64,000 nt of DNA from Bdellovibrionota bacterium (lineage in GTDB: Bacteria; Bdellovibrionota_C; UBA2361; CAKMMH01). This document shows, piece after piece, positions 37,678 to 45,500 of this stretch. The position numbers and the translations under genes are program-made. The stretch covers positions 256,001 through 320,000 of the forward strand of contig JBMNLI010000010.1 of the NCBI GenBank assembly GCA_050952645.1. Direction: 5' to 3'. Position 1 is the first letter of the stretch, and each line of letters opens with the position of its first letter. The notes under the pieces were generated by a model. That model had not been told where the DNA came from. It was given only the letters and a program-made list of their open reading frames with translations, and did not search any database.

Positions 37678-37784
37678 GGAAACACTGATTAATGTCTAAA
37701 ATTTCTAAAAACTGATATAAAAAGCTAATCTTTTCAAGATGTTTAAAAAAAACTCTTAGAGTTATACTGTTCATCAGTGTTTCC
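37678..37784. mobile_element. ~107-bp MITE-like insertion
   Basis: GGAAACACTGATTAA ... TTCATCAGTGTTTCC inverted ends, interrupting the repeat motif GCATTACTAA|CCCCCATGAA. Confidence 0.65.
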
Positions 37785-37793
37785 CCCCCCATG

Positions 37794-38237
37794 AACCCTC
37801 AAAAACAATTTTTCTAACTCACCTAAAACGTCAAAAACGTGAAAAAATTAGCATTACTAACCCCCATGAAGCCCAAAAGAAAATCTCCGCAAGCTTTAGC
37901 TAGCTCCGATTTTCTTTTAAGCTAACCCTCAAAAACAATTTTTCTAACTCATCTAAAACGTCAAAAACGTGAAAAAATTAGCATTACTAACCCCCATGAA
38001 GCCCAAAAGAAAATCTCCGCAAGCTTTAGCTAGCTCCGATTTTCTTTTAAGCTAACCCTCAAAAACAATTTTTCTAACTCATCTAAAACGTCAAAAACGT
38101 GAAAAAATTAGCATTACTAACCCCCATGAAGCCCAAAAGAAAATCTCCGCAAGCTTTAGCTAGCTCCGATTTTCTTTTAAGCTAACCCTCAAAAACAATT
38201 TTTCTAACTCATCTAAAACGTCAAAAACGTGAAGAAC
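37794..38237. repeat. 130-bp tandem array (~3.4 copies) built from REP-like modules
   Basis: AACCCTCAAAAACAATT starts at 37794, 37924, 38054 and 38184; units near-identical. Confidence 0.93.
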
Positions 38238-38307
38238 CTATTTAAAGGTGTAAATATCGATATAAATTTACCTTTATTATCTCTTTCTATCGTGATATCT
38301 ATAACTT

Positions 38308-39489
38308 ATGTCTATTTATAATCAAAAATACATAGCCCTTATCGATTGCGATTCTTTTTTTTGTAGTTGTGAAATAAAATCAAACCCAAAATTAAAAGGA
38401 AAAGCACTTTGCGTTACGACGGGAGAGAGAGGTTGCATCGTATCTAGAACTAAAGAAGCTAAAAAAATGGGCATAAAAATGGGAGCCCCAGTATTTCAAG
38501 CTATAAAAGAATATCCAAACTGTATCTATATAAAGGCTAACCACGAAAAATATATCGAAATATCAAAAAAAGTTATGCAGATTTTAAAAGATTTAAGCCC
38601 GACAGTCGAAGTATACTCGATAGATGAGGCATTCATGGACTTAACAGGACTTTTAAAAGTATATAAAAAAAATTATTTTGATTTTGCAAAATATATACAA
38701 GAAAAGATTTTAAACGAAGCTAATATTCCTGTAAGTATTGGAATAAGTCGCTCTAAAACATTAGCGAAAATCGCTTCCTATAAAGCAAAGACTAGCAAAG
38801 AACGAATAGTTTTACTAGGTAAACTAAAAATCAAACGCTTCTTAAAAGATATCGACGTTTCTGAGGTTTGGGGAATAGGACGAAAACTTAGCACAAAACT
38901 TAAAAGCTTAGGCGTCTTTACAGCAGACGAGTTTACTAAAAAAGAAGATTGGTGGATAAAAGCTAATTTTGGGAAACACGGACTCGATACTAAATATGAA
39001 CTACTAGGACAAGCTATAAATTTAGTCTCTGATGCATACACTCCCCCTAAATCGATAATGCATTCACAAGCATTCTTAATTTTTACTAACGACTTAAATT
39101 ATATAAAAAACGAATTGTTAATCCATATTCACATTACATGTTTAAAATTAAGATACGCAAATTGTAAGTGCAAAAAAATAGGAGTTATGTTAAAAAGAAA
39201 AGATTTTAAATGCGATTTATTACAAAGCAATCTTTCATACCCGACAAATCTAGAGTTAGATATTTCAGATATAGCTTTTAATCTCTTAAATACCATGTAT
39301 GAAAAAAATATTTTATATAGAAGTGTAGGAATAGTATTAGAAAATATAGTTAAAGAAAATAACGAACAATTAGATTTTTTTATAGACATAGACAAAAAAG
39401 AAAAAAGAGATAATCTTGGAAAAACTATAGATAAACTAGAAGAAAAATTCGGAAAAAATATCGTTAAAATAGGTGGCATACTTCCATAA
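38308..39489 (+). CDS. Y-family DNA polymerase (UmuC/DinB-like)
   Basis: ALIDCDSFFCSCE, YSIDEAF, KTLAKIAS, VWGIG. Confidence 0.92.
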   Translation: MSIYNQKYIALIDCDSFFCSCEIKSNPKLKGKALCVTTGERGCIVSRTKEAKKMGIKMGAPVFQAIKEYPNCIYIKANHEKYIEISKKVMQILKDLSPTVEVYSIDEAFMDLTGLLKVYKKNYFDFAKYIQEKILNEANIPVSIGISRSKTLAKIASYKAKTSKERIVLLGKLKIKRFLKDIDVSEVWGIGRKLSTKLKSLGVFTADEFTKKEDWWIKANFGKHGLDTKYELLGQAINLVSDAYTPPKSIMHSQAFLIFTNDLNYIKNELLIHIHITCLKLRYANCKCKKIGVMLKRKDFKCDLLQSNLSYPTNLELDISDIAFNLLNTMYEKNILYRSVGIVLENIVKENNEQLDFFIDIDKKEKRDNLGKTIDKLEEKFGKNIVKIGGILP

Positions 39490-39590
39490 TAAAAATTTTC
39501 ACATCAACTATTTTTAGAGCAAAAATTTATATAGTAAAAGCTAATTTTTTAGATTTTCTTAATGGGTAAAACTTTATATAATACTTTAAA

Positions 39591-39758
39591 GTTCTTCACG
39601 TTTTAAGGTGGTTTAAGATCTTAAGAATTAGTATCACCAACCTTACGAAGACCAAAATAAAATTGACTTTTTAAAAATTTGCATAAAACAAATTAACTTT
39701 TAATATAGCTAGTTTTCTATAAAAGTAAATTTTCTCCACCCCCTAAAACATGAAGAAC
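39591..39758. repeat. REP/MITE-like element copy
   Basis: GTTCTTCACGTTTTAAGG ... CCTAAAACATGAAGAAC. Confidence 0.75.
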
Positions 39759-39803
39759 CATACTTTATATAATAATTGATGAACCTATAAATAAAGATAT
39801 AAA

Positions 39804-40170
39804 ATGAAACAGATAACATTTGCAGATATAGAGCATATTGGTGGTAAAAAACTAAAAAAGCCAAATTCTTGGAAAAAATGGATGAGACAATACCTTGGAG
39901 CGATTGGGTTGAAATGATAAGGCCACATTATAATAATGAATTAGGTCGTGATACTAAAAATATAGAAGTTATGTTGAGAATGTATTTACTTCAAAATTGG
40001 TATAATTTATCAGATGAAAATGCAGAAGAAGAAATAATTGAAGGTTATTCTTTTAGAAAATTTGTGGAATAAATTTATTAAAAGAATCGGTTCTAGACGC
40101 AACGACGTTATTAAAGTTTAGACACATTATTGAAGAAAATAATTTAGGAGAAAAATTTCTTAATTATATT
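39804..40170 (+). pseudogene. IS5-family transposase N-terminal remnant
   Basis: MKQITFAD...FLEKMDETIPW...MLRMYLLQNWYNLSD...DATTLLKFRH, frameshifted and truncated. Confidence 0.85.
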
Positions 40171-40194
40171 TAAAGAAAAAGAAAGAATTAAAAG

Positions 40195-40302
40195 AAAAGC
40201 TGGCCCAAAAGAGAAAGCTGGCCCAAAAAAAAGCTGGCCCAAAAAAAAGCTGGCCCAAAAAAAAGCTGGCCCAAAAAAAAGCTGGCCCAAAAAAAAGCTG
40301 GC
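40195..40302. repeat. Tandem copies of the tRNA-Thr 3' end
   Basis: AAAGCTGGCCCAAAA about 6 times, abutting the tRNA acceptor GCTGGC. Confidence 0.85.
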
Positions 40303-40368
40303 AAAGAGACTTGAACTCCCAACCTACTGATTACAAATCAGTTGCTCTACCAATTGAGCTATGCCAGC
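40296..40368 (-). tRNA. tRNA-Thr(TGT)
   Basis: GCTGGCATAGCTCAATTGGTAGAGCAACTGATTTGTAATCAG...GTTCAAGTC...TGCCAGC; no encoded CCA. Confidence 0.95.
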
Positions 40369-40407
40369 AAAAAAAAGATATTTACAAAATATTTGATTCT
40401 TTTAAAT

Positions 40408-40490
40408 TGGCGAGGATTGGATTTGAACCAATGTAGGCGTAAGCCAGCGGATTTACAGTCCGCCCCCTTTAACCACTCGGGCACCTCGCC
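40408..40490 (-). tRNA. tRNA-Tyr(GTA)
   Basis: GGCGAGG acceptor, GCGGA-CTGTAAA-TCCGC anticodon arm, variable arm, GGTTCAAATCC. Confidence 0.95.
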
Positions 40491-40559
40491 CCATAAAAAA
40501 AACGCTCTCTTTAAAAAAAACCTCATATAAAAAAACGACTAAAACGAGTAAAAAAAATA

Positions 40560-40632
40560 AGCGGGAAACGAGACTCGAACCCGCAACCTCCAGCTTGGAA
40601 GGCTGATGCTCTACCAATTGAGCTATTCCCGC
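40560..40632 (-). tRNA. tRNA-Gly(TCC)
   Basis: GCGGGAA acceptor, CAGC-CTTCCAA-GCTG anticodon arm, GGTTCGAGTC; no encoded CCA. Confidence 0.95.
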
Positions 40633-40742
40633 ATGCCACATACAGAGGCACCGTTTTTGATAAATCGAATGCCAAAAACAATACCCTAACAATATTCCAT
40701 AAATTTACAAAAAAGCCAAGTGTTTTAGTAAAAATTTTTACT

Positions 40743-41078
40743 TTTAAAGCAAATAGAAGAAATTTGTTTCCCTAAGATAAGTTCAAAAGAAAATTGACAC
40801 AAGCGAAGCGATGGCAATTTTCTTTTGGGCTAGGAGGTTTGTACAGAGCTTAAAAGAAAATTGGAGCTAGCTAAAGCTAGCTGAGATTTTTGCTTTTTCA
40901 CGCTTTAAAGCAAATAGAAGAAATTTGTTTCCCTAAGATAAGTTCAAAAGAAAATTGACACAAGCGAAGCGATGGCAATTTTCTTTTGGGCTAGGAGGTT
41001 TGTACAGAGCTTAAAAGAAAATTGGAGCTAGCTAAAGCTAGCTGAGATTTTTGCTTTTTCACGCTTTAAAGCAAATAG
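40743..41078. repeat. 161-bp tandem duplication built from REP-like modules
   Basis: AAAGCAAATAG at 40746, 40907 and 41068; contains the AAAAGAAAATTG...CAATTTTCTTTT hairpin. Confidence 0.9.
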
Positions 41079-41204
41079 GAGAAAATAATAAAATCTCGAA
41101 TCGCTTCATTTTATTATTAAAAAATGTTAATTTAAAATAAAACGGTTTGATATTGCCAAGTTTTAAGCTTATATATATTTAATATTTTTAAAAGATGTAA
41201 AAAA

Positions 41205-42281
41205 ATGAAAATACTTTATTGTTGCACTTCTATAGATAATTGTGAGCATGCTTATCTTAGTGGATTAAGCAAAAGAGGCGTTGAATATTACGTCGTGGCA
41301 CCAGATGTAGAAAACTTTAGAAAATTAAAAGAAGAAAATATTGTAAAGCGTTTAACTTTTAAAACGAGATCTAAACTCTCGATAGGTGCCATCGCTAAAT
41401 TTTATGAACTTATAAAAAGCTTTAAACCAGATATAGTCCATTGCATAGATGGGAAAAGCTTATCGTGTGGTATTATAGCTCTAAGATTATTAAAATCAAA
41501 CATTCCTCTTATTGCTTATAGGGGGACTATGGGGAATTTATCAAAGCTAGATGTTGGCACTTGGCTTGCTCATAGAAATCCAAGAATAACGAAAATTACT
41601 TGTGTTTCAGATGCAGTAAGACGCTCGCTTATAGAAAATGGGCTTCCTAAAGAAAAGCTAATAACTATTCACAAAGGACATAGCATCGATTGGTACAAAG
41701 AAAAATATTCTATCGATAAACAAATGCTAGGAATTAAAGATAATGATAAACTTATATCGTGCGTAGCTAACGATAGACCTCATAAAGGTTTGCATATTTT
41801 AATACAAGCTTTTCATAATGTAAAAAACAAAAACTCTCACTTACTTTTAATTGGAACTATACAAAGCAAGAAGATTTTAAATCTTTGTAAAAATGGAAAA
41901 AATGCTGATAGGATTCACATCTTAGGTTATATTCCAAACGCTTGGATGGTTTCAGGTGCGACGGATATTTTCGTTTTACCCTCTACTGCTAGAGAGGGAC
42001 TCGCTAAGTCTGTAATCGAGGCTATGGCTCAAGGCGTGCCAGCTATCGTATCAGATGTTGGAGGACTTCCAGAGATAGTTAGAAATAATAAAGATGGATT
42101 AGTAGTAAAAGGAAGCGATATTGCCGCTCTTTCAGCTGCGATAGATAAACTAGTTTTAAATGATGAGTTATTAAAAAAATTCTCTAAATCTGCTAAACAA
42201 AGAATAGAAACCTCATTTAATACTTTAGAAACTCAAGAAAAAATACTTAGACTTTACAAAATGCTTAGTGGGAAAAAATAA
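41205..42281 (+). CDS. GT4 family glycosyltransferase
   Basis: KPDIVH, HKG, FVLPS..EGL..SVIEAMAQG.P.IVSDVGGLPE. Confidence 0.92.
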   Translation: MKILYCCTSIDNCEHAYLSGLSKRGVEYYVVAPDVENFRKLKEENIVKRLTFKTRSKLSIGAIAKFYELIKSFKPDIVHCIDGKSLSCGIIALRLLKSNIPLIAYRGTMGNLSKLDVGTWLAHRNPRITKITCVSDAVRRSLIENGLPKEKLITIHKGHSIDWYKEKYSIDKQMLGIKDNDKLISCVANDRPHKGLHILIQAFHNVKNKNSHLLLIGTIQSKKILNLCKNGKNADRIHILGYIPNAWMVSGATDIFVLPSTAREGLAKSVIEAMAQGVPAIVSDVGGLPEIVRNNKDGLVVKGSDIAALSAAIDKLVLNDELLKKFSKSAKQRIETSFNTLETQEKILRLYKMLSGKK

Positions 42282-42305
42282 AAATATTTTTAAACAAAAC
42301 ATTTT

Positions 42306-42515
42306 GCTTCTTCGGCGTTTTAGGTGGGGTAGTTTAAAAGAAAATTGGCTTTTTAAACTAGATATATTAAAAGTCAATTTTCTTTTGGACTTTGCCAAGG
42401 CTTAGTAATACTAATTTTTTTTGCTTCTTTAACATTTTAGGTGAGTTAGAAAAATTGTTTTTTTAGGTTAGTTTAAAAGCCAATTTATTTTATGCAAATT
42501 TTAAACATGAAGAGC
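42306..42515. repeat. REP/MITE-like element copy
   Basis: TTCTTCGGCGTTTTAGG ... AAACATGAAGAGC, between convergent genes. Confidence 0.65.
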
Positions 42516-42529
42516 TAAAATGTTTTCTC

Positions 42530-45500
42530 TTAAAACTTAGCTCCGATAGAAAAATGCACTCTAAACGAGTCATCATAAGATTCTTTATTTAGTGGCACTG
42601 CAAAATCAAATCCTATAGGACCTATAGGCAAGTTAAATCTAAAACCTACTCCAGTAGAATATTTTAAATCGCTAAGTTTAACACCCTCATCTCTTAAGAA
42701 TACATTACCAACATCTAAAAAACTATGAATACTAAAGGTTTCTAATATAAAATAATTAAGCTCAAAATTATTAGCAAATAGCACATCTCCGCCTATTACC
42801 GCTCCATCGCTTCCACGCCTACCAAGAGAGTTTTCTCTATAACCTCTTATAGAGTTAGCGCCTCCTAAATAATACCTATGAGCGATAGGCACTTGACTAG
42901 TATCTCCATATGCAAACGATGCACCCACGATATTATTTGATGAGAAATTAAAATCTTCCCAAAATGGAAATATAGAATTTACGTGCAACTCGAGCGAATG
43001 AAACTCTGCATCAGATAAAAATAACTTGCTTGCTAACTTGTGTTCTAAGCTCATTGCATAACCGCTAGTAGGATTAAGCATATCATCTCTTTTATCATAC
43101 TTTAATGATGCAACTAGAAAAGATAAATTATAATTTCCATCATCGTAATTTCCTATAATCGCACACTGCGATACGTTATCTAAAGACTCAACACTAAAAT
43201 TTTGTCCAAAATATAATGATAAATCGTTTTCAAATGGCATATATATCGATACGCCATCTACGTATCTACTTAAATCAAACTCATAAGTACTCGTTGTAAA
43301 TCTTTGATACCTATAATCTTTTGAAAATCCAACATTAGACCCAAATACGCTTGGTTCTATAAATCTTAAATCTGCACTCCCCTGGCTTACGCTTCCATGC
43401 GTTATATTATCATAGAACAGGTCTGCTCCTAAACTAATAGTTTTACCATCTTTAAATAGCGACTTATTAGCAGCTCTAGTCAATAGATGTAAACCATACT
43501 CAGAGTTCACACCTATTCCCACATCTAAATTATTAAAAGCTTTTTCTTCAACTTCTATAAGCAAAGTTTTTTCAAAATTATTTTCTTTATTATCTATTAA
43601 CGAAAATGAGATTTTATTAAATAACCCTAATTTTAAAAGTGCATTTTTACTTTCTATAATTTTATCTTCTAAATAAACATCGCCTTTATTTATTTTTAAA
43701 TTTTTTAATATAGTAAATTCTTCAACTTTTGAATTGCCTATAATTTTTATATCACTTACCTTTACTTTTTCATTAGGTATTATGGTAATAGTCAATGAAT
43801 CAGTTTCTTTATCTATTTTTTCTATAAGTTCATAATTTAAATAACCAGCATTTTTAAGGCTTGATTTTATTTTTTCAACTAATCTTAACTTTCTAGGAAC
43901 GGTAATTTTTTGAGTATATTTTATCTTTAACTCCTCTGGCAAACCATTTACTGCTACATTTGTAATATAATGTTTTTCTCCCTCTTTAATATTATATACT
44001 ATGGAAACATCATTATTATCTAAAATATTTAAACTATGCTTAACCTTAACCCTTGTATATCCATAATCTCTATAAATTTTCTTTATTATATTTTCAAGCT
44101 CTATAATATCTTCTTCGATAGCAAATTTTGGATTTAAAAATTTCTTATAATTATCTTTATCTATACTTTTTATTTTCTCATAAATTTTTTCAGTGCTAAG
44201 TTTTTCATTTCCATTTAACACTACACTAGATACTTTAGAGATATCTTCATCTTTAACACTTATTATATACGTTTGCGTATCATCTTCCTTTATCAGCTCG
44301 TAATCGATAGTAGTAAGAAGATATCCGTTTTCTCTATAAAGCCTATCCATGCCTTCAATTAAAAGCTGCACAACATTTAAACCAAAAGGGTACGATCTTT
44401 CTTTAAAATTTATAGTCTTTAAAAAATCTTCCCTTGAAAATACTCTGCTTCCTTTAAACTCAAATACGTATTTTTTAAACGATTCGATATTTATATTAAC
44501 AATAACTTTATTCTTTCCTGTAAGAACGAAATCTTCGGAGATTCTAGCGCTTAAATACCCTTCATCTTTTAAAATATTTATTATTATTTTTTGTATTTCC
44601 TTTCTATTGTCTTCTGAAAAAGCTTTCCCCTTAAAGTGAGATACGGCTCTCTTTATTTTAGAAGCAATTTTTTCAGATGAAATATTTATATCCTTAATAG
44701 AAAATTTTTTATCTTCATTTATTATAAAAACTACTTTCTTAACGAAATTATCAACCGACCTAATCCTACTTTTAACTCTAACATTTAAATAACCTTGCTT
44801 TATATAAAATCTCTTTAAATTTCTTCTTATCTCTTTTACTTTCTCTTTGCTTACAACTTTTCTTTCATTGATGTATAAAACACTTCTAAGTTTTAACTCA
44901 GAGTAGTTATCATTTCCTTCAAAGCTATAATCCGTTAATTTATTACTCGAAGAAATAACATTGTAGTTTAAATCTATCCCTACCGCTGAGGTAGAAGCAG
45001 TTTCAAAATAGGTGTCGATGTAGGCCTTTTGTGTTAAATAATAAAACGTAGATATCTTAGTGCTTCCTGCACTTCCTCCTACTATACTTTCCCCAGAGAT
45101 TACGATTTCATCTGTAAGTTTTTTTTCAGCTATAATTGCTGGCTCTGACGTACCAGTTCGTTTATTGTACTTTGATGTAATGCTTAAACTATCGATACTA
45201 GTAATGGAATTGAAAATATTCTTAAGCCCTGATATAGATGGTGATGATAAGAAGCTACTAATAGAGTATAAAAAAGCTTGCGAGTTCGAGTCGCTTAAAG
45301 CTCCATTAGAAAACCCTTCTCCTGAGGCTAGCAAGTTAAATATTTCCTTTTGAGAAAGCCCTGCATCGCTCATAAGATTAACTTTTGGCGAATTTAAATC
45401 TCCAGTTATATCGACTATTACTAACGAATTATCTCCAGCAGAATTTCTTAAATACGCCTCACCCGTGATATCTAGCACGGGAGAAGCGTGTTTTTTAAAA

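Noticed and set aside
37794..38237. CRISPR array
   Set aside because: Units are near-identical over 130 bp with no unique spacers, and there are no cas genes
40342..40692. ORFs 40342-40530 and 40453-40692
   Set aside because: They overlap tRNA genes
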